Source: Tubiluchus corallicola (taxonomy: Eukaryota > Animalia > Priapulida). From it: a stretch of 64,000 nucleotides of DNA. The notes under the pieces are model-generated. The model was not told the DNA's origin and did no database searches. It saw only the letters and a program-made list of their open reading frames with translations. Shown one piece after another: positions 13,508 through 27,205 of this stretch (its first letter is position 1; the number at the start of each line of letters is the position of its first letter). The translations under genes were made by a program, and so were the position numbers. The DNA lies in NCBI GenBank assembly GCA_030141605.1, contig JAQGDQ010000092.1, forward strand, positions 496,001 to 560,000. The letters are read 5' to 3'.

Positions 13508-14209
13508 TTAAAGGAAAACTGAACCCAATGCTAAACCATAATTTGAAATGACCCAACGTATAAAATGCTGAAAGGGAAACTATTGTTCTTTTTCAAGACT
13601 ACTTGCTTGAACTAATTTTGCTACGGAAGTATAACAATAATTTTACGTTGGCGCCGTTAGTTTATCCCTAGGTACGTACATTTTCGCCGTTCGTTAGATG
13701 GCACAGCGGCAGCATCTCGCAAATGTGTTACAGTTACAGTTATAATTTACTTTGTTAAACTGCGGTTTGGAGTACAAAAAATACAAGTCTTTAAAGACTA
13801 TTTTCCGACATAAATGCAAAATATCAATATCCTAGCAAAGCATAAAAAGGGAGAGTGTAGATCTGTCGTGGCACACACTCTGACGTGGTGAAATCGTGTG
13901 TTAGCCTGGAATTTAAATTTCTAACTTAAAATTTGCCAAGTTGACGTAAATCAGAGTCAGAGCTGTACAGTAGCACTGTTTTTTAATTTTCGTTTTTGCA
14001 AACACGTGTAACACGCTCGCGGAATGTTTGCGCCTTTACAAAATTATCTTCAGTTGTGATGTGACCATAGCTATGCTCGCCTGCCGCCGTTAGCTAAGTT
14101 TCTAAGTTAATGTAACACTATCAGAAACTATGGAATTTTTATATCTTTTAAATGCATTTTTACAACAATTCAATATGTAATAAGATATGAAATTCATGTT
14201 TTCATTTAA
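13508..14209. mobile_element. TTAA-flanked MITE (Kolobok-like)
   Basis: TTAA|AGGAAAACTG at the left, CATGTTTTCAT|TTAA at the right; the right half is homologous to 10261-10597. Confidence 0.6.
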
Positions 14210-16094
14210 AATTGACCTGCCCAGGTCTTAGTTAAAATCAACTCATTCACAATTCTCTTCAATTTTCTAAGTTTTCTGAACCTATCATTTTTTTAATATT
14301 CAAATGGTTATGAGTTTATACATACCATTATTAAGAGTTTGTTATTTGCAATTACAAGGTTGGGTTTTTTATCTCCAGAAAATACTCTATGGGCTCACTG
14401 GACTGCCATTTCGTTATTGTAAAAAATAGGCAAAAATAGTTAGCTTGTTGAGTAACACACAAATTTTATTTTGAGTCATTAACCTTGTGAGCATGGTTAA
14501 TTTTGACAAAATTGTCAGAGTATCTTGGCTAATGCAGAAAGATTTCCCGTGATTCCAGAAAGTATTTTGCCGAGACGGCTACAATGCTGCAACCCTGTTA
14601 ATTTTTAGTAGCCGTGGTAGTTAACTGTCTACTTCTGTTTCTTTTTTTCGTAGCCCATTGCTGTTCATAGCCATATTATATTGTATTATATTCAGTTACA
14701 TACCCATTATATTCCACAGACAGTGCCAATTAAAAGAAGCCCTAAAGGTTTATTATTGATATAAGGACGCTTTGAACGCTTTCTTGCAGCTTTATTTACA
14801 CCTGACGTTACATATGCATCATTAGTTAAAATGTTTAATGAGTTTAGCATAGAGCAGCGTAAATGTATATTGGGGCTGCTACATTCTCATATGTTAATAC
14901 CCGTGTTGTAGAGCAATCAATGAACCTAAAGTAGCATTATGGCAAATGTCGCATCTCTGGCAAACAACTAAAAAACGAAACACCCCCATCTCTCTCTTTT
15001 TCTCTAAATCTCCGTTTTTTATTCCAATTGAGGTTTTTAGAAACAATGCAAAAGTTGTTTTACCAACATCGACAACGTTTAGTTTGAACACTTTGCCATT
15101 CTGTAGTAGAGTACATGCCCTGCAATATATGTCAGCATATAAAGTCAGGAAATGATATGACCGGCAACTTGAACCTCAAGAACCCATCTGATCGACTAAT
15201 ACCAACGTTCCTAGTTTAGTTAATTCTTTTACTTGGTCGCGCCCCTTGCCTGACATTAGTTTAAAATTCTATGGGACTTGTTCTGCTCAATCATGGGAAA
15301 ATAAGACGAATAGTTGATCTATCTTGTTTTGGAGAGAAAACTATGGGAAAAAATCAGAACGAGTTGATAGCTACGTTGATACGCCTCATCGCTTTTCGGG
15401 GTGTAACTTTTTTGTTTGTTTCGATTCCTCGATTTTAATAATTATTAATTCTGATAATGCTAGTAATTATTGCAAGAACAATGACCTGAGTAATCTGGAC
15501 TTTAAGCAGAGAAACACCAACTCGCCATTGCCGAATATATTTTTGCTGTCGGCTTGCTATTTAAAAACCCAAGGCAATGCAGAATCACAACAATGAACGA
15601 AGGACACGTTTATCTAGTGAAAGACATCATATTTTTCAACCTTCCTTATCTACCACGCGTTTGGTTGGAATAAATTCACACCAACCTTGTACTGGTGTCA
15701 GATACTACATCTCTGTCTGCTGAGGCAGCTTGTCAGCAGTCAAAGTTCAAGTTTGTTAATTTCACTATCACAAACGACGTCTGCCTATAAGAGCAATATG
15801 GATGTAGCGTGCTGTGTGTGCTACTAATATTGTTCTTTACCGTTACTGTAAAAATTTCATTTTTTACTGTAAACGTGTTTTATGAACACTGTGCTTGAAA
15901 TAAAATGGGTCGGTCACCGACTCATCGGGTTAATTTCTAGCGCATTTTCACCAAGGTCGCGCGGGTCACAATGACCCAGCTTGAATTTCAAACATAAAAG
16001 AGAATTTGTGTATTTTAATTTCTAATTATGTGATAGCTGCGGCTACGCGCGTCTCTTTCTCAATTTGACAGACAGCCGCGGGACTATGGCGCGA

Positions 16095-16200
16095 TAGATA
16101 GATAGACCTCTCTTTCTCTCTCTCTCTCTTACACACACACACACTCTCTCTCTTGCTCTCTCTCTTTCTATTTCCCATCTCTCTGCGTCTCTTTCTCTTT
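16095..16200. repeat. Compound microsatellite (GATA)/(CT)/(CA)
   Basis: Directly visible. Confidence 0.9.
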
Positions 16201-16545
16201 CGTCTGTTTTTTGTTCTTTTCTTTCACTCGTTTTTCTCCTTTTGCATTCTACCTTCTTTTATACCACTTCCTCTTCCTGTTTTTTCGCTCCATGAGTGTC
16301 GTCTTTTCAGGAATTTCAAAAGAATAGAAACATAACGTCTGGTATGGCTGCACATACTCCGTTTTTATCTTGTCGCTAATATTTTGGTACCTGCTGAGAA
16401 GTTGCTGCTTGAAGAGCTGGTATCAATTTAAATTTAGTAAAACCGATACAGAATTCACATTATTTTGAATGGAGGCCTGCATTATACACTCTTATCAGTT
16501 TATTGTAACTATGCTGCTCCGTACTCGAAAGCTTCGTCTGTGTAC

Positions 16546-16583
16546 GACGTCACACGTGCTTCATTAATACTTTCGTGACGTCA
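16546..16583. promoter_or_regulatory. CRE/E-box motif cluster
   Basis: GACGTCA (16546), CACGTG (16553-16558) and a perfect TGACGTCA (16576-16583) within 40 bp. Confidence 0.35.
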
Positions 16584-19500
16584 TTGCGTACACAGATTCA
16601 TTTGAGTGCACCACAAAATTCGTGTAATGGCTACGTTTAGGCTTCAGTTAGGGCAAAAGGTTTCTTTTCTACATGTGACGTGATTGCACGAAATTACATA
16701 ATCTTGCGAGTTACGCAATGGCTTTGCACGATTCTGTGTGTTATACAGAAGGTAAATTGTAGGGGTTCTATGCAGTGTGCAGCTTCTATTAAACCATTAA
16801 ATTTACTACACGTGATTTTGTTCTCTATCCGGCATTTTGCATTGCCTACTTTTAATTGAAAAAAGCTAATTTTTAAAGAGCATGAACATAATAACTGGAG
16901 ATTCGAACACCCCACCCTAAAAGTTTACTGAAATGAAATTAAGAACCGAAAGAGGCTCCCAAATACTTCCTTTATCTCTTAATATTCATCGTGTGTTGCA
17001 TCAGGGACTCCTGTGTAAACATATAGGGTTTTATGTATATATTTATTATAATGTCATTTCTTGTGTTGCAGTTTAGCATCTTACATCTTTAAATTTCGAA
17101 AATTTTCTTTTTTAAAAAGCGTGTGTAAATTACTCTGCGAAAATTGTGCGTTTAAAACTAAATCCAAAGAACTGCAACAGATTCTTGCAGGATTTTTCGC
17201 CTACATATAGGGCTGGTAAGCATCCCACTTATGAGGCCTCCAGCCATTTGTTTAATTATCTGAATGTGAGTACTGAGTTGGCAGTCTCTACCTATTTCAC
17301 CATTTTCAGAAAATCCAGATGTTAACTGTAAACCAATTTCTCTGAAAACCACCAGGCGAACTTGTAAACATTGCACTAGCGAATCGTGAGTGCATTATGG
17401 CGATGCAGAAAAGGGTGCCTGCATTAGTAATTTACAAATGGTGTAATACCTTTGGCTCCTCAATTATATCAGAACATTTCGGCGTACAATCTCTGCAGCT
17501 CTTACATTTGAATAACCCGGTTTGTTTTTCCTACAGTGCCTACATAATGAGCACCCTGCCCGCTCTGCATTTTTGGCACGCCCTGAAGCCGCACACGCGT
17601 GTAGGAAGCGAAGCAGAGCAGTATCAAGAATTCGATAACTCACAAAGCTGCTGCTTTCAGTGTTCCAGCTCTTTTGTGTGAACGAGATTAGAGAAACTAG
17701 GAAAACGTGAGACAGTAAAGGTACATCACTCAGTAAATGTTCGTGTTTTTCGTGGTAGCAATTAATTTAAAGTCACAAATTCGCTGATATGAAGCCAGTA
17801 AAGTTACTGATGTTTAAACAGGTACGAAATATTCTGCTTATTAATTATTTATTATAGGTTATGCTGCAATATAATATGGTAATTGGTTAGTAGCTAACTT
17901 GTTAGATGTTAGTAATGTAGCATCGTCTACAATTTACGCTGTCGACAATGTTTAGTGAAAGTAAGTGCAATAGTAATTATTTAATCGATAAGATAAGCAT
18001 GGGTACTGACACCACGTTAGTTCCAACCCTAGAGCGAACAGATCTTTTTGTTATTCTGTTCGCAAATTTCAACGATAATAATCAGTTATGCACAAGACTG
18101 GAAAACATTTAGTTAGCATTAATTACTGCTAGGCTTTCAAGTTCAGATACATAGTTTTTTACCACACAAATCTGAATTTGTAATTGTAACTACTAGTCGC
18201 ATGACTCGGAAAATAATTAATTTAGACACTATTATTAGAAAGCACGTGGAAAACCAGACTGCATGACCCTGCACTGAAACTAGAAAGACCTCGTGAATGC
18301 CTTTTATTTATTGACTTGTGGCCAGGAAGATTCGTCGTTGTCATTAACTTGGCAATTAAAACCGCTGTGGTTTTTCATTTAAATATTTATGACTCTACGT
18401 AGTTGATTATGAAAATTAATCGCGCATCGTAACCTCGCTTGAATACCATAGCCTATAAAGATTTCACTGCAAACTGAGCAGGAGTTTACAAGAAAACTTG
18501 TCACTTTGTCTGCTATTTGCTTGTCAGTCTGTCTGTTTATTATTTGTTAATAGAGGATCTGAGTGGGTTGGAAATGGTAATTGAGACTGGTTCCAGTCAT
18601 TTTCGGAGCGCATGCAGAATTTAATGTTTGTAGAAGCATTTCTAAAATTGCAGCAGCACACGGCTTGCACGCTGCTGCAGGGTTTTCAGCACATGTGTTA
18701 GATAATTGTAAACTTGTTAAACTGCGACCATATTTATCAGTAGCTCGATTTAACGCTGTGTGCTCACGCTTCTCTAAAGGCAGAAAATAGATAGCTAAAT
18801 ATAGTGTCGGCACAACAAGCCGAGTCTTAGCCGACTGATTGCAGCATCCGAATTAGATTTTAACTTGTTAGGTTGAATTGGAATTTATTTGGTAGCCTCG
18901 GTTCTGCGACTACACTTAGCTGGCTTTGTCGTAACATGTATTTTCAAATTTCAATCGACTGTAAACAATATGGTCGACACGTTCATTTTTGCAGTCAATG
19001 TGCAATTAACATCATATCGCTCAGGAATAATTTGCATTTACTCGGTCATTGCTGACGTCGTAATTACACGGTCTTTAGGGTCCATTTTGCCAAGGCAGCA
19101 GATTGCAAAAACTGCATTACTCCTCAGCAGTTAGTTTTTAAGACAAATATAATTCAGGCTAAATTAAGTATGGTGCCATTAATCCCAATTTTCCGGGCGC
19201 CTACGTCTAAAATCTGTGAATAACAAAAAAAGGGCCGTACAGCAATTAGTCAACTGGAATCTGACTAATAACGGAACTCTTATAATTAATTTGCTAAAAC
19301 TAAGGAGGCATGTGCCGGTGTTTTTTTAAGTAAGCGAGGTTAAATTTTGCACAGAAACAATTTCTTTTGAAAAAATTCCACAGACTAGGACCTCGAGGGA
19401 AAACTGGATCTATAACCGGGCATTCTGCAAACAGGAATCTTCTAGATAAGATGAGAAGTAGCAGCGGAACGCCAGGGACTAGATCTCGGTGAAAAGAAAT

Positions 19501-20441
19501 TATGTGAGCACCTTCCCCTTGGGTTAAAAGTAGAAGGGAAAGAGTCTTAAATATAGCAATAGACATTCGATAAGCTAGAGATTGGGAGTTGATCCCAAAG
19601 CAATTGACAACACGATTTTTGTAATCCGTCAATGTTGTGGCACTTGTTTACAGTTAAGTGAATTATATATTTACTGTAGTTATGTATAGTGCTTCCCTAC
19701 TACTTACCCGAAAAAATATCAAACACTTTGTTATGCGTTATGGTATTTATTCGTACTTTTTGGTCCTAGGAGTCTTCTTGTCTATGTGTTAACTAGACTG
19801 GTCGAAAAGCAGGCCGCCCTGTCGCTTCCTTTTTGTTCCACAAAAATGTGAATCTAAAATACTGTAAGTTTATGCTGTTACCACAAAATTGAATTGGTGT
19901 AACCTTTCGTGTGTTTTGTGGTTAGGACACTTTTGGATCTGGTATTTAAGCTGAGTTTATTTCTTAATGAATTACGCAAAAACTGACATTTCAATGCCGT
20001 TTGTATCAGAAAACAAGCCTGCGGCTGGGAAATCAGCATAACAATCACACACACTGTACCTTTGTTATTAAAAACATTATACGTGACGGTCTATACGTGT
20101 AATTAACGGCCGAAAAATTGGAGCAGCCACAGCTAAGTAAAATAAACTTGTGTGCAGTGTAGTTGTTTGCCCTAGTATCAAATACAGTAGGCGCTAAGTA
20201 GGGCAAATTCCGTACGATTGTGTAAGCTTGGGCAGGTATTAAGCAGTCAGGCGTACAAGGCTTTCCCCCAACAAACTGTACCTGTTGCAGTTGTGGCCGT
20301 GAGTGGTGGAGTGCGCGTTGTGTGCATGCGTGTTGTTACCCTTGCACACTTTTTGTTTGTGAAAAAATTATGATTCTGCCTTTGTTTAACTAAACAGAAA
20401 TTCTGTTAAATTTTCGCAACAGATATAGCACAAACATAGGA

Positions 20442-20487
20442 ATGTACACTCTAGAAGATGGTACAGCAGTCTGTACGTCTCATCCAG
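20442..20487 (+). CDS. SERTA-domain protein, probable first coding exon
   Basis: ATG..MYTLEDGTAVCTSHP+G|GTATGA donor. Phase 1 joins the TTTTTCAG|AT acceptor at 24634, giving ...HPDEPSVCDRVTMVPQKRK in frame with the SERTA ORF. Confidence 0.55.
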
Positions 20488-23400
20488 GTATGATTGAAAC
20501 AATGGTTTTGTGTGATTACTCTAAGTTAGAATTCTTACTTTAAGAAACACTTAAAGCAACATCTTTTAATTAAAAAAACTGTCTCATGTTTGTGTGTATT
20601 GCCTTGCATATTTTGTTTTATTGTTTAAGACCCATATAAAGACCCCATTGGAAATACGTTTTTTACTCCATGGGTGCACCTGTTTGTCTTCGTCATCATG
20701 TACTTTTGTAAAAGCCATTAGTACACGTGTTTGTAATTTTATGTTGTATATCCCATACGTCGCTGGTTTTATCGAAATACTATTAGTATATGTAACCATG
20801 GTTTTGAGGAACATATCAAATAAAGAAGAGTTTTTCTTTTTGAAATTTTCACCCGCAGCAATAGTGATTTCAGTTTACATTCACATAAGTTGTAGGTACA
20901 ATGTAAAAATTAAGTCTTCAAAAAACTTTTTGTTATTAATGATCATTATAAAAAGTTATTGAGAAGCTAAGTTTTTCGTTTTTCCTTAACTATGTATGTT
21001 AAACGAAATCTTGGCTTTTTTATCAGTTTTATTCTACTGCTCTTCGCTTTTCAGCTATAGCGAGTTAGCGACTGAAGGTATTTTTGCTAAACCGTAAATA
21101 ACAGCGTCGTAATAATAATGCACATTTGGCACAGCGATTAATGCAGGCAGATGTCCCTCAGATTACTTTAATAGGTGCCCAACGATATCATATCGAGCCT
21201 GCACAAATATTGCTACCAGTATAAAGATATGTTAATGATAATGCAGGTCATTATCATTTCATAAAACGAGCGTCCCTTGACAAATTAAACAATGCTTTTT
21301 ATAATCTCAGTCATTCTTCCTTAATCGTAATGCAATTAGATTTATCGCCGTGGATGACTTAATAAGAGTTGTTCCAATAATTAAATGAAGCGCATCAATT
21401 TATTTCGACAAAAATGGTAATTTTGAACTAAAACTTGTTTATGAAAAAGGGTAAATAGATTGATGAAAATTGATTATATAAAGATTGAATGCATGGACAT
21501 TTTCCAAATACCTATCTCCATGATAATTTCTTATTGGTTCTTACCATTTACTTTTAAACAGCTGAATCGATATTATCAAGAAGCGGAGGACCAGCTGGCG
21601 GTACATGGTTGACCGTGGTAGACCTAAAACTTACTCATGAAAGAGATCTTTCCCCATTGCTCTCAGAATGTTTGGAAATCTTGTGTAACGCTGTATGTAG
21701 TCATGTCTTGAATCTTTGGACAGTTTAAGATTGAATTCATATGAAATATTAGTGTTGTTGCTGTAGACGTATCCTAGAAAAGGTGACTGTGGCCCTTGGG
21801 AACTGACAGTGGTAAACGAACGCCCTTCTAGTACGCCTTCACCCTGTGTGAAAATCAGCTCATAAGCCCGTGCCATAAGTAGGCTGGCGAGTGAGAGAGG
21901 TCATATCGTAGAACCAGTTAGGCTCAGTTCACACTGTTTAGCACGGAGTTAGGTTTTGTCATTGTGGCTGTTTTAACTAAGCACAAAGGAAGTGAAATTT
22001 CGAGTGCCTCCTTTGTTGTTGCTAGCTAGGAGGGTCAGTTTAACTACAGAATTTCACAGTTATTTGTGAAGCATTTCTTCCTAAATGTGTGAATTTTTGT
22101 CCTGTGGTGAGAGCGCTAATATTACAATTAATCAAGAAATGCGCGATGTTAATATATAATTCTAAGTTAATTAAATTGGTTAAATCTGTCCGGCTTAAGT
22201 ATCTTAAAAATATGTCTAGCGATACCAGGAAATTGGCTAAGCCGAATTGGTTTAGATTCGTTTAGCTTAAATGAGATCACCATTGCTTCAATTAAGTGAC
22301 ATTGATGTTGTTTGTACGCCCAACATGATGTTGTTTGACAGCTCTTGCTCCTTTACGAACTTGTAATAAGATAATAACATATTATACATGCTGTCATGGA
22401 TGGATAAACATTAAACAATCAAGCCGAAGGTAGTTTTGTAGTTTTCTTTTGTTGCTTGTCCACTAAACAATATTTTTTTGTGAAGTCTACCTTTGCATAT
22501 TAATATAGGCCTTCTTTTACACGATGCGATTCTATTCTACCAAATCTACTTGTTAAAATGTCTTTGCATATTGTCATAAGTGTGCAATTCCTATTGCGCG
22601 TTTCTGCCAGACCTACATGTTGCTTTCCAGTTTATTACTCCACTTCTTGAAACTATTCTTGTGTCTGGCTAGCACTTCTTTAACGCTGCCGAACGATGAA
22701 GAAAGTGGGTCAAAAACTTGCGAAAGCGGCACACATCTTAGGCCTACACTGTGCAGTTATAATGTGTCTCTTTATAGCTGTAAGCTGTAATAAAGGGATG
22801 CGCCGTAGTGCATGGTGAAAGTGCTACTTATTTGCCACTTCTCGACTTCCTCAGTTGAACCTTGTGCACGCTTTGCCTCCGTTATTTTACGATTCTGCTT
22901 AAATAGCCCTGAGGAAAATTAGAGATTTAGCAATGCTAAACTGTAACTTCCACCCTTTTTTGGCATTATGACCCGCGTTAACTTCCCTTGGGGGTGGGGG
23001 GGTGTGGAGCTTTGGAATGAGATTGGCCTGTATTTTACTCAGCCACAAAAACCGTACATATGTTTCCATTGAACAAATGTGGCAAGCGGAAATATGTATT
23101 TTGACTGATTCTCAAAATTCAGTCACTCGCGCTCTCTTTCTTCATCACTCTCGCGCTCTTTCTTTCTGCTAAATTTTCTCCAGCTTTTTCCCAGACTAAC
23201 TATGCATAAGCATTATTTGTGAACAACTACATTATGTGGTGAAAATCTACAAATGGAGCCAAGGATGCGGCTAATCGAAGAAGACCAACCCAGGCGTCCT
23301 CAGACTTCGGGCGTCTGTTTACATGTTAAATTTACCTTCGATAAGTTGAAGTTAAAGCAAGGGTCATTGTCATCTATAGCTGCTTCAGTTCGATAATGAT

Positions 23401-24633
23401 AATGATATAGATATGCAAAACCTACCAGTGCCGAAAGAAGCAAAATTTGTTCAATATTGAAAGAACATTTAGTTTATAGTTCTGCTTTGCATTGTAAAAC
23501 TTTTTATAATTAAAATTCAATTTGAAAGACAGAATCTGAGCCCTGAATGTAATTGAAAGGAGTTTTCTTCTTTTTTGAACTTCTTTCAATTTGTTCTGGT
23601 TAACTGATTTGGCAGTCAGTGTGTATTGTTAAAAACTTTTAGAAACTGTATTATGTTGAGAAAAGTGAGTGGTTGCGGAACGAGAGAGAGAGAGATCGTT
23701 CTTCACATAGTGAATTTGTGGCATTCGTTCTATTAAATTACCCACTTTTTCTCAACCTCATGTATATGCTCGCATAAGATATACTACCTCCGATATAAAT
23801 TTGCTACGCTTCCTTGAATATTGCGCCCCCGTACGCCGTCATATCTTTATCCGGTGTATGTTTACCGCGACCAATAAATTTAATATTTTAGGGTGAAACA
23901 CAGATTTGACGACGATTTTAATAAAGTTAGGCGAATCTTAATTTATTATTCTACCTGAAATCATTGCAGCGCTGTTGCTGCTTCCTGCATGCATAGATGA
24001 GCCCCTCTCATCAGTAGTTGAACAGCTACTGCACAGCTGGGCGTCTCGCGTTCTCATTTTCGAAAGCCATTATTTTGATCTAGAAAAGCGAGAGCAAATA
24101 GGTGTTAATTAACATAGACGGTATCTTATTAGAGTGATGCATTATGTTAACCAAAAACAGCGTGACCAGTGGTGTTGAACGGCTCGCGCTAACGTCGTGT
24201 AAAACACAAAGACAAAAGGCATCATAAGTGATGTACAAAACATTGTTGTAATAAATCAACTCTAGGTTATTCAATTAAATTTTAATTTGTCCTGAACATC
24301 ACTTACTTGTACTACCGATGCCACGCTGGCCATCATTCATCTTGGGTGACTAATTTAATGAGCATCACAATTTCTATTTCGTATTTTCTAGTACAAGTTT
24401 GGTTTTCGTATTTTACAATTAGAACGTCTCAGTTGGACAAACCAAACTTTATTATTATTGCATAGTGATGAAATAACTTGTGATTTTGCGTACACATCTG
24501 GTAAACAAAGAAGCAAGTTTTTAATAAATTGTTAATCTACGATAGTACCGAGTTATAGCTGTCATATAAAGCTGTTTCGTGCGATTGTATGTTATTAGCT
24601 ATTACAAAGGATAACAATTTTTCACTTTTTCAG

Positions 24634-25220
24634 ATGAGCCGTCAGTTTGTGATAGGGTAACTATGGTTCCTCAGAAGCGAAAGCTGAGCAATGTCGATTG
24701 GGGTACCTCCCCAGTCACTGGCCAACCTCCAAGTAAGCTGTCCGTTCTGGGCATGTGGCAGGCCCGCACAAAAGCCCGCGAAGAGCGCAAGCAGGTACTG
24801 AAAATCTCCATCAACAAACTCCGACAGATCGACGACCCGGAAGTGTTTCTGCGCAGGAGCGTATTGATACACAATACCATGCAGAAGTTGCAGAAAGAAG
24901 TGCGGGACGAAAAGACATCGTCCAGTTTGACCAATATCCCATGTGACTTGGACTCTTGTTGTGCAGGTTACACCTGCTATTCCACAAATTGTGATTCTGA
25001 TGGTCAGGACTCTCTTAGTGATGTTGATGACGATGATGATACAAAAGAAAACCGGACTGAAAATATTCCTGGTGAGGAAATGCGGAGGAATCGACCAGGT
25101 GACACTAGTTTATTCTCGTCAATACCCGCCGACATATCAGAAAATGATGATCCCAATGATTGCTCAGATGATTTCGGAGAAATCGATAATGATTTCAGTA
25201 ATATCATGTACTCGTTATAG
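24634..25220 (+). CDS. SERTA-domain transcriptional cofactor (SERTAD4-like), main coding exon
   Basis: ERKQVLKISINKLRQIDDPEVFLRRSVLIHNTMQKLQ is a SERTA motif (as recalled, closest to SERTAD4 IDDPEVYLRRSVLINN). N-terminal KRK, acidic C-terminus, strong acceptor ending at 24633, in-frame ATG at 24663. Confidence 0.9.
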
Positions 25221-26994
25221 GATCCGATCCCACCATGCTTCTGTATGTGCTTTGGTTGTCCGGTGGTGTTTTTGGAACTGAGTATTATGTGTGATTATCG
25301 GATATATGTGCTCCATCGACGACATTTCTTGTTTATTGACCGCATAAAACAAAAAACGCCAAATATCTCCATTTGACCATATGTGCTCAGTCACTAGTTG
25401 TGTTGCATAACAGTTCGATTTTTCCAAAGATTATATAATGTTATGCATTTACAAAAATTAAACGATGCACAAGCGAGTATGGCAAGATCTTACAACAACC
25501 TTACTGAGGGCCATAATCGCTATTTTTATGGTTTGTATTAGGTAGACCAGATGCTTGCTGATGAATGCATTTCGTCTCATGACCGTGATAATATTCGTTC
25601 TTCAGTAATGTCAGCATTACTGAGGCTTTGTTTGTAATTTGGGAATCTCAGCAGTTTTGAGAAGATGTGAAAAACAAGGGTTAATGTGATGACTCACTCT
25701 CATTGTCTCAATCTTTAACTTCTTGCATGAAGTTGACTGTGTGATCTTTGGAATTCTGCATAAACTTGTTTCCTGAAAAATAATTTTTCTGTTTGATTAC
25801 GAAAACATTCTCAGCAATAGCTGATGACTCTGAGAATGTGGAAGTTGTGATTCTTAAAAATCATGTGATTGACTATCAGCATAATTCCTGCAATTCTCGT
25901 CATTCTACGGCCTGAGTGGATGAGGTAGTTTGCATTTTCACTCATCTAACAAGGCTTTTTAATTAGTTCCGAATAAAATAGTTTATTAGTCATGTTACCT
26001 AGTTGATCAGAAATAAGCATGAGTCTTCTGCCTGTTATTTGATATTTCACTTGTTTAAAAGTTTTTGTTCAAGGCATGTTTTCTATAGCCAGTGATCACA
26101 GTACTAGTCGTTACATATATTTTCATCTCATCTTAATCTGATCTGTGAGATGTTGAGTAGTTGAACTTTTAGTTTTTGGTTTTATTGTTTCAAGGACTTG
26201 TGAAGATAGACAGTTTAGCTACAATGATAAAATCAAAGGAGTCAATTTTATTTGTGTGAAAAACTTAAAACTTAGACTTTTGTGTGTACCTGATGTAAGA
26301 AACTGACATTTTAAGTAAGAAATGTAAAAATTAAATCTCATTTAACATCAGCTACTTTGCGGAAAGAATTACTAATCGTTATTTTGATATTAGGAAGAGG
26401 CGCTTATGTTCTAAAGTTATATATTTTATAAATATAAAACTGATGCAATTCCATTGATAATAATTTATGAGATTCTGCTTGTATAGTTCATGAAATGAAT
26501 GTATGATTCGTTATATGTTGTCGTTAATAATTGACTATTGGTCAAAAGTGCATTTGGACATGACAGGGACCGTTAAATGGACATGGAAATGTTACTGACA
26601 ATAATTAATATAGGCAGTGCATATTATTATATTTTGACAAGAACTTAGTGTAGGTCTTTCATTGAATAATAAGAAACTTTTGTTAAGATGTAATAATTTG
26701 ATGTATTTAATAATTTAAACAAGAAAGCTCTGAAAAAATTATATAATTATTGTGAATCGTCGATGGGATGTACTACGCACAGTGCATTTGTGAATAGTTA
26801 AACGTTTTCGTATTAATTTTCTATCATGTCTCTTTATTCTTTTAATATCAGAATATTTTTGCAAAGGTTAACAGTTGACTATTGTGATACTGATAATAAT
26901 ATTGGCTACAGTAACCAATGCCAACTGTTCAGTCTTAATAACTTCAATTGAAAAGTCTGGTTGTTCACTTGCAATGGAACCTTTTTAATATAAA

Positions 26995-27205
26995 TGTCAC
27001 AAGAGCCTATTAAGCCACTTATGTTTAAATCAGTTACTAATATCATGAAAATTATCAATAATTTTGAAAGACTGTTTTGGAAATCTGAGTGAATTCACTT
27101 GTCACCAGAGCCTATTAAGCCACTTGTGTTTAAATCAGTTTACTATATCTTGAAAATTTTTGTTAATTTTGAAAGACTGTTTTAGAAATCTGAGTGAATT
27201 CCCTT
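26995..27205. repeat. ~105-bp tandem duplication in the putative SERTAD 3'UTR
   Basis: TGTCAC(A/C)AGAGCCTATTAAGCCACTT..GAAATCTGAGTGAATTC begins at 26995 and 27100. Confidence 0.9.
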
